Source: Candidatus Hodarchaeaceae archaeon (GTDB taxonomy: Archaea; Hadarchaeota; Hadarchaeia; Hadarchaeales; Hadarchaeaceae). Taken from it: a stretch of 64,000 nucleotides of DNA. How positions within the stretch are numbered: the stretch's first letter is position 1; the number at the start of each line of letters is the position of its first letter. The translations under genes and the position numbers were made by a program. Below the pieces are notes generated by a model. That model saw only the letters and a program-made list of their open reading frames with translations. It was not told the origin of the DNA and did not search any database. Positions 8,879-17,117 of this stretch are shown one piece after another. The stretch is taken from assembly GCA_030018135.1 (NCBI GenBank), contig JASEGJ010000003.1, positions 27,083 through 91,082 on the forward strand. Reading direction: 5' to 3'.

Positions 8879-9828
8879 AACCCGGCGGGGAGGTGTCAGC
8901 GAAAGTGCTCAGGAAAAAGAGCGTGAGCGTGCCCATGATAGCAGTCACCGGCGGAAAGGGCGGCACGGGCAAAACCACGGTTGCGGTGAATTTGGCCGTG
9001 GGGTTGAGTTTGAAAGGCTCTAAGGTCATGCTGGTCGATGCCGACGTTGACTGCCCCTGTTGCGCGATGTTGCTCGGAACCGAACTGAATGCTAGCGAGG
9101 AAGTCAGAGTATTTAAGCCAGTGATCGATGCGGCGAAGTGCACTGGATGTGGAAGGTGTGTGGAAGTCTGTCGGGAACATGCATTGGTAGGGCTTGAGGG
9201 GCAAGTCCCATCACTTTTCGAAGAACTTTGCTCCGGGTGTAAAGCGTGTCAGCTCGTTTGCGAAGCCGGCGCCATGAAGAGCGGTCAGAAAGTTCTCGGT
9301 ACCATCTACGTCGCAGATTCAAATGGGATTAAACTGGTGGTGGGCGAACTCAAACCGACCGAGCCGAGGTCGCCGATCGTGGCGCGCGCGACCATGCTCA
9401 AAGCCGCTGAGGAGCTTAAGCTTGACAAACACGATATCGTAATCGTGGACACCGCTCCGGGGATTCATAACGTGGTGGCTCAAGCCCTTTGGGAAGCCGA
9501 CCTAGCGCTGGCTGTGACTGAGCCGACCCCACTCGGAGCTCACGATCTGGGATTCATGTTAGACCTCACCGAGGAACTGGGGTTGCCGACCGAGGTCATC
9601 CTGAACAAGGCCGACATCCCAAGCGGTTTGAAGGATAAGGTGGTGAAGACGAGCCGTGATCGGGGAGTTAAAATCGTTGCGGAGATACCGATGGACGAAG
9701 AGCTGTTGCGCTCCTACGTTTCGGGTGAGCCGCTCGTGAGAAAATCACCCAAGAGCCCAGCTGCAGCTGCAATGTTAACTCTGGTTCCGCACATTCGTGA
9801 AATGTTTGTAAAGGGAGGTGAAACCTGA
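8875..9828 (+). CDS. MinD-superfamily P-loop ATPase with inserted ferredoxin (second paralog)
   Basis: GGKGGTGKTT, DADVDCP, CTGCGRCVEVC, CSGCKACQLVC, VTEPTPLGAHDL. Confidence 0.9.
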   Translation: MKPGGEVSAKVLRKKSVSVPMIAVTGGKGGTGKTTVAVNLAVGLSLKGSKVMLVDADVDCPCCAMLLGTELNASEEVRVFKPVIDAAKCTGCGRCVEVCREHALVGLEGQVPSLFEELCSGCKACQLVCEAGAMKSGQKVLGTIYVADSNGIKLVVGELKPTEPRSPIVARATMLKAAEELKLDKHDIVIVDTAPGIHNVVAQALWEADLALAVTEPTPLGAHDLGFMLDLTEELGLPTEVILNKADIPSGLKDKVVKTSRDRGVKIVAEIPMDEELLRSYVSGEPLVRKSPKSPAAAAMLTLVPHIREMFVKGGET

Positions 9829-10037
9829 TGGCGCAACCACCCACCCCACCACCGCTGCCAACTAAAAAGTTTCAATGTTTTGCCTGCGGGAACATCATAG
9901 AGGTGCCTCAGGGGATACCCAAGCCACCAGCGTGCTCTAGGTGCGGCGCTCCGGCGGTAATGATTCATCGTGTTGACAAGGGGCCGCCGGGTGGAAGACG
10001 CGGCGCTGCGGGCCCACCTTGGGCTCAGCAAGGCTGA
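9828..10037 (+). CDS. Small Zn-ribbon/rubredoxin-like protein
   Basis: FQCFACG...PPACSRCGA; GGAGGTG SD; TGATG overlap with upstream gene. Confidence 0.7.
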   Translation: MAQPPTPPPLPTKKFQCFACGNIIEVPQGIPKPPACSRCGAPAVMIHRVDKGPPGGRRGAAGPPWAQQG

Positions 10038-10122
10038 TTTAGTTGGGCCGTGGAACCAAAATCACTGAAAGAAGGGATAGATGTTTACGGCAAGGAGAAA
10101 CTACAAAAATTGGTGAATAAGA

Positions 10123-10971
10123 GTGAGGATCTATTTAGATTGCATCCCGTGCTTCGTGAGGCAGGCTTTGGAAGCGAGCAAGATGGCTACGAGGAACAAA
10201 AACAAACAAGAAAAAGTCTTGAAGAAAGTTTTATCTGAGATTGGGAAAACTTCGTTAAAAAACAAGATACCATCTGATATTGCTCATAAAGTTCACCGCA
10301 TAATCAGAAAAATGACAGGGAATAACGATCCTTACAAGAAATTGAAAGACCAGTGCAACAGAAAAGCGCTGAGGATGTACCCGGACCTTAAACAAAAGGT
10401 CGCTGGGTCTAAAGATAGATTGCTGACGGCGACAAAACTCGCCATAGCTGGAAACATTATCGATTTTGGGCCCGGTTCTGAGTTCAATCTGGAGAAAACA
10501 ATAGAGGAAGTTCTAGTTCAGGATTTCGCTATAAATCATTTTAATCGGCTTAGGGAAGCGTTGCAAAAATCTGAAAAGATTGTATATTTAGGAGACAATG
10601 CAGGTGAGATAGTTTTCGATCGGATTCTCTTGGAAGAATTGAAGGATAAAGAGATCACATTTGTGGTCAAAGGAGGGCCCATCATAAATGATGCAACGGT
10701 CGAAGATGCAAAATTCGCTGGCATAGACAAAATTGCTGAGATTAAAACAATAAGCAATGGGGAGCCTGGCACGGGGCCGAAGAGAAATTCAAAGGAATTT
10801 ACAAATTTCTTAAAAAGCGCCGATGTCGTGATTAGCAAAGGGCAGGGAAACTATGAAGCCTTAAGCGAAGTGAACGCGAACATATTCTTCTTGCTCAAGG
10901 TGAAGTGCCCAACGATTGCTGGGGATATCGGAGTTAAAATTGGTGGTATCGTCGTAAAACAATCGTGTTAG
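10123..10971 (+). CDS. DUF89/ARMT1-like damage-control phosphatase
   Basis: DCIPCF, DPYK, AIAGNIIDFG, DNAGEIVFD, PIINDAT, ISKGQGNYE, LKVKCP. Confidence 0.9.
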   Translation: MRIYLDCIPCFVRQALEASKMATRNKNKQEKVLKKVLSEIGKTSLKNKIPSDIAHKVHRIIRKMTGNNDPYKKLKDQCNRKALRMYPDLKQKVAGSKDRLLTATKLAIAGNIIDFGPGSEFNLEKTIEEVLVQDFAINHFNRLREALQKSEKIVYLGDNAGEIVFDRILLEELKDKEITFVVKGGPIINDATVEDAKFAGIDKIAEIKTISNGEPGTGPKRNSKEFTNFLKSADVVISKGQGNYEALSEVNANIFFLLKVKCPTIAGDIGVKIGGIVVKQSC

Positions 10972-10991
10972 TTGGTTGAGGCGATCCCAAG

Positions 10992-11075
10992 ATGTCGGAG
11001 ACCAAGCTCGTGAGCGCCTGCCTTTTTGGGGTCAACTGTAGTACGACGGTCAAAACAACTTTAACGAGAAAGACA
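10992..11075 (+). pseudogene. DUF523 (2-thiouracil desulfurase-like) 5' remnant
   Basis: MSETKLVSACLFGVNC then, after a 1-bp shift, YDGQNNFNEK (family motif VSACLLGxxCRYDG); rest absent. Confidence 0.6.
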
Positions 11076-11278
11076 AATGCTTGAAGGTCAGGCGGCAGCG
11101 CTCCGGCAGCAATTGGATCAATCAAGAAGAGGCTTGAAGAGCTCAGCAAAATGTAGGGCCCAATCGTCTTATCAATGAGTCCGACAACAGGGGTGAAAAA
11201 GTGCTACGATAAGTGTGTAGCCTCATCTTGAATCAGCTGGATACACATTTATTTTGTGCAATCGCCAGAAAAAAATGA

Positions 11279-12136
11279 ATGGTGGGGCAAGTAGAAGAAA
11301 GGATGAAAGAAATACAGGAACAGGAAAGGCGCCTCAAAATACGGATGGCCAAAATCAAGTATAAACTGGCGATACTGAGTGGAAAGGGCGGGGTCGGCAA
11401 GAGTACCATCACCGCTAATTTAGCCATTGCTTTTGCACGCAAGGGTCACAAGGTGGGTGTTTTGGATGTTGATATTCACGGCCCGAGTATTCCCAAAATA
11501 CTCGGCATGAGGGGGCAGGAGTTGACTGCAGGGCGGCTTGAAGGTGTGGGCATCTTTCCGGCCAAAGGTCCGCTCGACATCAAAGTCATCTCCATGGATT
11601 TCCTCCTCCCAGATGACGAAACCCCGGTTATTTGGCGCGGTCCGATGAAGATGGGTGCGATCAGGCAATTTTTGGCGGATGTGGCGTGGGGTGACTTGGA
11701 TTTTCTGTTTATTGATGTCCCGCCAGGAACTGGGGACGAGCCGCTCAGCTTGATGCAATTGTTGCCAGACATCACGGGTGTCATCGTAGTAACTGCACCA
11801 TCCGAGGTTTCTCAGATCGTCGTCAAGAGAGCAGTAGGATTTACAAGGGAGCTGCACGTGCCGGTGGTTGGCATCGTAGAGAACATGAGTGGGTTCGTTT
11901 GTCCAAAATGTGGTGCAGAATTCGACATTTTAGGAACTAGTGGTGGGCAAAAAATATCAGAGCAACTTGGCATCCCATTTTTGGGCAAGATTCCAATCGA
12001 TCAAAAGATATGTGAGGATTCAGACAGGGGAACGCCTTTCGTCATCGAGCGTGCTGAAACTCCGGCGGCTAAGGCCTTCATGCGAGTGGTTGATAAAGTG
12101 GAGGGGTATTTAAAACAACTGGGAGTGCGGGCTTGA
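11279..12136 (+). CDS. mrp: Mrp/NBP35 (ApbC) Fe-S cluster carrier ATPase
   Basis: SGKGGVGKST, DVDIHGPS, IWRGPMK, DVPPGTGDE, ENMSGFVCPKCG. Confidence 0.92.
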   Translation: MVGQVEERMKEIQEQERRLKIRMAKIKYKLAILSGKGGVGKSTITANLAIAFARKGHKVGVLDVDIHGPSIPKILGMRGQELTAGRLEGVGIFPAKGPLDIKVISMDFLLPDDETPVIWRGPMKMGAIRQFLADVAWGDLDFLFIDVPPGTGDEPLSLMQLLPDITGVIVVTAPSEVSQIVVKRAVGFTRELHVPVVGIVENMSGFVCPKCGAEFDILGTSGGQKISEQLGIPFLGKIPIDQKICEDSDRGTPFVIERAETPAAKAFMRVVDKVEGYLKQLGVRA

Positions 12137-12891
12137 TCGTCGACGAGTTATTGGGTCTGGTCGGGGAGCGGAGAAGCCAGCTAGAAGACCTGACGCTCTC
12201 GAGGGTATGCGTGAGCCTCTGCTATACCGCGGTGATGCTCGATAACGGCTACGTTGGGCTCTGCCACACGCCTACCGAGGACATTGCACACACTCATTGG
12301 GGCCGCAGGCGGGACTTCCACGGCTTCAAGGCCTTGGAAATCACGCGCCTGGCGAATTCGCTTGACATGATTGAGAGGACCGTTGGCATAGCGGCATTGA
12401 ACGCCCTCTCACAGTACCTGATGGACTCTGAAGGTTATGAGCGGCAGTTTGGAATGGACGCCTTTAATGCGATAGATGTAAAGGAGGAAGACAGCGCCGC
12501 GGTGGTTGGGTACATGAGGCCCCTAGTCGGGAAGCTGAGGGCAAAGGCCCGCGAAGTCCACGTTTTCGAACGCAACCCCCAATTGAGGGGGGATGCCCTG
12601 CCTGATACTTTTGTCGACTCGATATTGCCGAAAGCGGATATCGTGGTTATAAGCGGGTCGAGTTTAGTCAATGGAACCCTTGATAGGTTGCTGGAGCTAT
12701 CCAAAAGAACTAGATTCGTGATTTTTGCAGGGCCAACGGCCAGCACTTTACCAGAGCCTCTTTTCAAGCGGGGTGTAAGCGTCGTGGCGGGCGTTCGCGC
12801 GAAAGGTCCTAAGGTGATGGGTGCAGTAGCCGAGGCCAAACCATTCGTGGCATTCAAACAGCTTGTGGAGAAGTATATTTTAAGGAGATGA
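12133..12891 (+). CDS. DUF364 Rossmann-like protein
   Basis: GIAALNALSQ, VVGYMRP, VFERNP, VISGSSLVNGTLD, GPTAS. Confidence 0.8.
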   Translation: MIVDELLGLVGERRSQLEDLTLSRVCVSLCYTAVMLDNGYVGLCHTPTEDIAHTHWGRRRDFHGFKALEITRLANSLDMIERTVGIAALNALSQYLMDSEGYERQFGMDAFNAIDVKEEDSAAVVGYMRPLVGKLRAKAREVHVFERNPQLRGDALPDTFVDSILPKADIVVISGSSLVNGTLDRLLELSKRTRFVIFAGPTASTLPEPLFKRGVSVVAGVRAKGPKVMGAVAEAKPFVAFKQLVEKYILRR

Positions 12892-12911
12892 AAACAGCCT
12901 AAGGGGTAAGA

Positions 12912-13520
12912 GTGAATCGGCTTAAGCACATCGCTGCAGAGCTCAAAGAGCATGCACCTTTCACCGCTTTTGGAGCGGGCGTAGGGATGGTTGTAATGGC
13001 TGTTGTGTGTCTAACCAAACCCGACCCAGAGGTCTCTCACCACACCTTCCACGTCCTGCATCCCGCCCACATGCTACTGAGCTCGATCGTGACCGCCGCG
13101 ATGTTCAGGCTGCATAGGAGGGGTGTCAGATCCTCGATAGTCGTCGGACTCGTGGGAGCAGCGGGAATATGCGCGATAAGTGACATATTGTTCCCCTACG
13201 TGGGAGGTACTTTGCTCGGGGCTAGGATGACTTTGCACGTGTGCCTCTTAAAGCACCCGTGGCTCGTGCTTATACCAGGAGTCGTTGGCGCGACAATTGG
13301 TGCCCTTACACGCCGCCCTACCAAGTGCCCGCACGCGGCGCACGTGCTAATAAGCACCCTCGCATCGCTCTTCTACCTCATGGCGTTTGGGGTGGTGGAT
13401 TGGCTCCCGGTGTTTCCGCTCGTATTCGTGGTACTGTTCATAGCGGTATGGATCCCATGTTGCACCAGTGATATCGTGTTTCCCCTCTTGTTCGTGAGGG
13501 AAGGGAGGCATCGGAGGTGA
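12912..13520 (+). CDS. His/Cys-rich integral membrane protein of unknown function
   Basis: EHAPFT, FHVLHPAH, SDILFPY, PHAAHVLIS, PCCTSDIVFP; about 6 TM segments. Confidence 0.7.
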   Translation: MNRLKHIAAELKEHAPFTAFGAGVGMVVMAVVCLTKPDPEVSHHTFHVLHPAHMLLSSIVTAAMFRLHRRGVRSSIVVGLVGAAGICAISDILFPYVGGTLLGARMTLHVCLLKHPWLVLIPGVVGATIGALTRRPTKCPHAAHVLISTLASLFYLMAFGVVDWLPVFPLVFVVLFIAVWIPCCTSDIVFPLLFVREGRHRR

Positions 13521-13524
13521 CCTC

Positions 13525-13920
13525 GTGGACGAATTGGATGAAATACGCAAGAGGGGGATGAAAGAGCTGATGCGGAAATATTTGGGGAAAAAGGAAGCGT
13601 TTGGCAAACCCATTCAGGTCACGGACGAAACATTCGACCGAGTCATCAAGGCCCATCCCGTAGTCGTGGTGGACTTCTGGGGTGAGTGGTGCCCGCCATG
13701 TCGCTTAATCGCGCCAATCATCGAGGAGCTCGCAAGGGATTACGCAGGAAAGGTGATATTCGGGAAGCTGAACGTCGATGAGAACAAAGCTACCGCGGTG
13801 AGGTATGGTATAACGGCGATCCCGACCTTACTGATTTTTAAGAACGGTAAGCTGGTCGACCAAGTGCTCGGCGCTGTGTCGAAGCGGCACTTGGAGGAAA
13901 AAATTAGAAAAACGATTTAA
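13525..13920 (+). CDS. trxA: Thioredoxin
   Basis: DFWGEWCPPC, KLNVDEN, AIPTLLIFKNG. Confidence 0.92.
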   Translation: MDELDEIRKRGMKELMRKYLGKKEAFGKPIQVTDETFDRVIKAHPVVVVDFWGEWCPPCRLIAPIIEELARDYAGKVIFGKLNVDENKATAVRYGITAIPTLLIFKNGKLVDQVLGAVSKRHLEEKIRKTI

Positions 13921-13924
13921 AGCT

Positions 13925-14266
13925 CTAACTGAGTCCCTTCATCGCATCCATCGCCACCTTCGTGTAGGCCAGCGCAGGACCACCGCCCATCACTATCGCC
14001 ATGAAGCAAGCCTCGATTATTTCGTCCTTCGTCGCCCCCGCCTCTATCGCCTTCTTCACGTGGGTCGCTATGCACCAGTCGCATCCCCTGACGATCCCCG
14101 CGGCCAGCGCTATCAGCCGCTTCACCTTGGCGGAAAGGGCTCCCTCTTCAAAGGCGTGCCTCAGGAACACGTTGAACTGTCCTCCGACTTTCGGGGATAT
14201 CCTCCCTAGCTCTTCGGCTGTTTCCGCCAGTTCCTTTACCAGCCTAACGGCTTCTCCTCCTTCCAT
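13925..14266 (-). CDS. Carboxymuconolactone decarboxylase/AhpD-family protein
   Basis: GALSAKVKRLIALA, GCDWCIATH, GATKDEIIEA; GGGGTGA SD before ATG 14266. Confidence 0.85.
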   Translation of the reverse strand: MEGGEAVRLVKELAETAEELGRISPKVGGQFNVFLRHAFEEGALSAKVKRLIALAAGIVRGCDWCIATHVKKAIEAGATKDEIIEACFMAIVMGGGPALAYTKVAMDAMKGLS

Positions 14267-14358
14267 CTCGATCACCCCCTTTAACACCTATAGGCTACTG
14301 TTAAATCGTCAAATGAGTTCTTATTAACCTTTGAGAACGTCGGCGAAAAGGGGAAAAC

Positions 14359-14937
14359 ATGGTAAATTGTGTATCTTGCGTGGAAAAAGCGTGTTCAAGA
14401 GGGAACCCATGCCCAGTCGGCGAACCTTTGAAAAAATTTGCATTCAAATTCAAGGAATACCGCAAAGCGGGCAACTTGAAGCTCTATCAAAAATCCAGCT
14501 CGCTAGAAGTCGAAGGGTACATGAGATACCCCCGGGTGAAAGAACCCATCCGGCTGGCAGAGGGGATGGGCTGGAATAAACTGGGGATGGCCTTTTGCAT
14601 AGGTCTTTCGGAGGAGGCGAAGAAGCTGCAGGAGGTACTGAAGTGCACGGTTTTGAAGTTCATTCGGTTGTGTGTAAAGTTGGTGGCGTTGAGAAGGAAA
14701 AATTCTCTTCCCGAAAGGAAAAGATCACGCATGCAATCCAATTCTCCAAGCGATGGTCCTCAACGAGGTTGGAACGGATTTGAACGTCATCGTGGGTCTT
14801 TGCATCGGCCACGACACCTGTTCCAGCGGTATTCGAAGGCTCCGACGACGACGCTCATAGTCAAGGATCGAGTACTGGCTCACAATCCGGTCGGGGCCCT
14901 CTACTCGAGATACCACTTCAAAAAGTTGTTGCGGTAG
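14359..14937 (+). pseudogene. DUF1847 metal-binding protein with three compensating 1-bp deletions
   Basis: KLGMAFCIGL (frame 1), HGFEVHSVVCKVGG (frame 2), [25 protein letters not shown] (frame 3), [17 protein letters not shown] (back in frame 1). Confidence 0.7.
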
Positions 14938-14943
14938 GAGAGG

Positions 14944-15732
14944 TTGAGCGATAATTTCAGAGAGGTAATCTACGGCCCGGTTTTCTCTTGGCGGCTTGGC
15001 AGATCTCTGGGAGTAGACCCGATTTGCGCCGAGGGGAAAATCTGTTCATTCGATTGTGTGTATTGCTCTCTCGGTCGGACCGCGATGAAAACCGTCGACC
15101 GCAGAACCTTTGTCCCGGCGAAAACTGTGGAGCGAGCCCTTGGAGAAGCGCTGAAAAGTGTCAAGGCGGATGTCATAACTTTTTCTGGAACGGGTGAGCC
15201 GACACTCGCCAAAAACTTGGGTGAACTCATAGAGGTCGCTAAAGAATCCTCCGATCTCCCGGTCGCGGTTTTAACGAATTCCTCCCTCCAATTCAGGAAG
15301 GATGCGAGAAAAGAACTCGCAAAGGCGGACATCGTGAAAGGCAAACTGGATGCTCAAAACGATGAACTTCTCAAACGGATAAATCGTCCGCACGAGAAAA
15401 TTTCGTTCTCTGAAATCATAGCGGGTTTGAAAAAATTCCGAAAGGAGTTCACCGGAAGGTTCGCGATAGAGGTGATGTTCGTCCCGGAAAACAAGGATTT
15501 TTCGGGCGAGATCGCGGAAATTGTGGAAACAATAGAGCCGGATGAGGTCCAGATTAACACCCCTCTCAGACCGAGTCCCGCAACACCGCTTACCCGAGAG
15601 GAGTTGGAGAAAGTCGAGAAAAGCTTTCGGGGTTTGAATTGCAGGTCCGTTTACAAAGCTAGAATCCCGGCAAGACGCTACCTAAAAGTCTTGGGAGCGG
15701 AAAAAATAAGACGGCTCAAACGAGTCGATTGA
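14944..15732 (+). CDS. Radical SAM Fe-S oxidoreductase (COG0731-like)
   Basis: YGPVFSWRLGRSLGVD, CSFDCVYC, FSGTGEPTL, INRPH, INTPLRP. Confidence 0.85.
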   Translation: MSDNFREVIYGPVFSWRLGRSLGVDPICAEGKICSFDCVYCSLGRTAMKTVDRRTFVPAKTVERALGEALKSVKADVITFSGTGEPTLAKNLGELIEVAKESSDLPVAVLTNSSLQFRKDARKELAKADIVKGKLDAQNDELLKRINRPHEKISFSEIIAGLKKFRKEFTGRFAIEVMFVPENKDFSGEIAEIVETIEPDEVQINTPLRPSPATPLTREELEKVEKSFRGLNCRSVYKARIPARRYLKVLGAEKIRRLKRVD

Positions 15733-15819
15733 TTACTTGGGTTCGTTGGTGCCAAGAATAAAATCCGAGCCCCGCCTTTCTCTCCTCTTCCCGTCTCCCA
15801 CTAGCAAAGAGTCGAACAC

Positions 15820-16062
15820 CACTGATCGACAATTTTCTCCAAGCCTTCCCTTTCGTCGATATCAATGCCGCCACACGAGCCGCCTGGGCTTTACTCTGCA
15901 CGAGGATCACGCCTGCCCTTTCGAGTTTTCTTCGTTGCACCGATAGGTTTTGCGGATCGCGGGGTGTGTCAAATCGAGGCGACAATGCTCAAGTGCCCCT
16001 TCTCTGCCCCCACGGCATGCTTTGCTTCACCGATCGCTTTTGCGAGTTCATCCGCTGGGTTT
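15820..16062 (-). pseudogene. FdrA-like (acyl-CoA synthetase-like) C-terminal remnant
   Basis: NPADELAKAIGEAK...HLSIVASI / shift / DPQNLSVQRRKLERAGVILVQSKAQAARVAALI; no 5' portion. Confidence 0.55.
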
Positions 16063-16352
16063 TAAAGGCCTCTCGGATGGAGTGGCATGTGCTTTTGCTC
16101 GGGCCAAAACCTTCACGATCCTCGATGTAGGGGGCAGAAAGGTTCAGGTGAAAGTCATCGCCAACCGGCAATTTCTGCGAGCGCGGCCGCGGACGGGCGG
16201 TAGTTCAAATGCTTTCGGAGGAGGGCGTGGATGTTGCGATCGCGGGCGAGTTCGGCCCGGGGGCGGCGGCATTTCTCCAAAAGAATAGAATCGACACGGT
16301 CGTGGAAAAAGCCGGCACTAAGGTTGTCGACTTGCTGAGGGGCAAATATTGA
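16060..16352 (+). pseudogene. NifB/NifX-family remnant
   Basis: KGLSDGVACAFARAKTFTILD / shift / VVQMLSEEGVDVAIAGEFGPGA...LLRGKY*; paralog of 6737-7102 lacking a start. Confidence 0.65.
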
Positions 16353-16436
16353 AATACGATATCGCATAGTGCATTCCTCACGAGTTGGCTCTGAGGAGCT
16401 GGGCCTTCCATCAAACCTAGGTCTTAGGAGCACGGC

Positions 16437-17102
16437 CTACCATCGACTTTCTTTAACGAGTCGGTGGGCCATCCTCACGTGCATGTCCGCAGACTCCTCG
16501 ACGACCGGCCCGTGGCCGGGAAGCAGCTTCTGCACCTCCAGTCTAGCCAACCTCCGCAGCGATTTCAGCATTGCCGCCGCGTCGCCCGTCGGCAAATCAA
16601 CGCGCCCGATGCCTTCACAGAAAACAGTGTCCCCCGAGAAGAGGAGCCGCTGCTTTGGCTCGTACAGGCATATGCTACCCAGCGTGTGGCCAGGAGTATG
16701 CAACACCTCGAGCTTGAGTTTACCGAGCTTAATGCGGTCGCCCTCGCGTAACTCCCGCGCAACCTCCATTGGCCCCAACCTTCCACCGAAGCCTCCTGCT
16801 AGCGTGATAGTTTGATCCCCCTTCCGAAGCAGCTCCGCCTCGAGCTCATGGATCGACACCTCGCAGCCCGCAGCGACGAAATCCCGGTCGCCGCCAGCGT
16901 GATCGAAGTGGCAGTGGGTGTTGATGATGAGTTCGATGTCGCCCGGCTTCAGGTTAAAATCGGCCAGATTTCGTTTGACCGACTCGAAGTTCATGCCCGT
17001 GCCCGCGTCGATGAGCGCTACGGTCTCGTCGATGATCAAGTAGATATTCGAGTCGAATCCAAAACCACCTATACTGTGCACCTCTGCCAATTTCACCGCC
17101 AA
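16437..17102 (-). CDS. MBL-fold hydrolase (glyoxalase II-like)
   Basis: THCHFDHAGG, HTPGHTLG, FSGDTVF, GRVDLP, PGHG. Confidence 0.9.
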   Translation of the reverse strand: MAVKLAEVHSIGGFGFDSNIYLIIDETVALIDAGTGMNFESVKRNLADFNLKPGDIELIINTHCHFDHAGGDRDFVAAGCEVSIHELEAELLRKGDQTITLAGGFGGRLGPMEVARELREGDRIKLGKLKLEVLHTPGHTLGSICLYEPKQRLLFSGDTVFCEGIGRVDLPTGDAAAMLKSLRRLARLEVQKLLPGHGPVVEESADMHVRMAHRLVKESRW

Positions 17103-17117
17103 AATACGGATGGTGGG

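Noticed and set aside
6737-9828. Nitrogen fixation genes
   Set aside because: NifB/NifX-fold and MinD-like proteins occur widely outside diazotrophs; no nifH/D/K in the window
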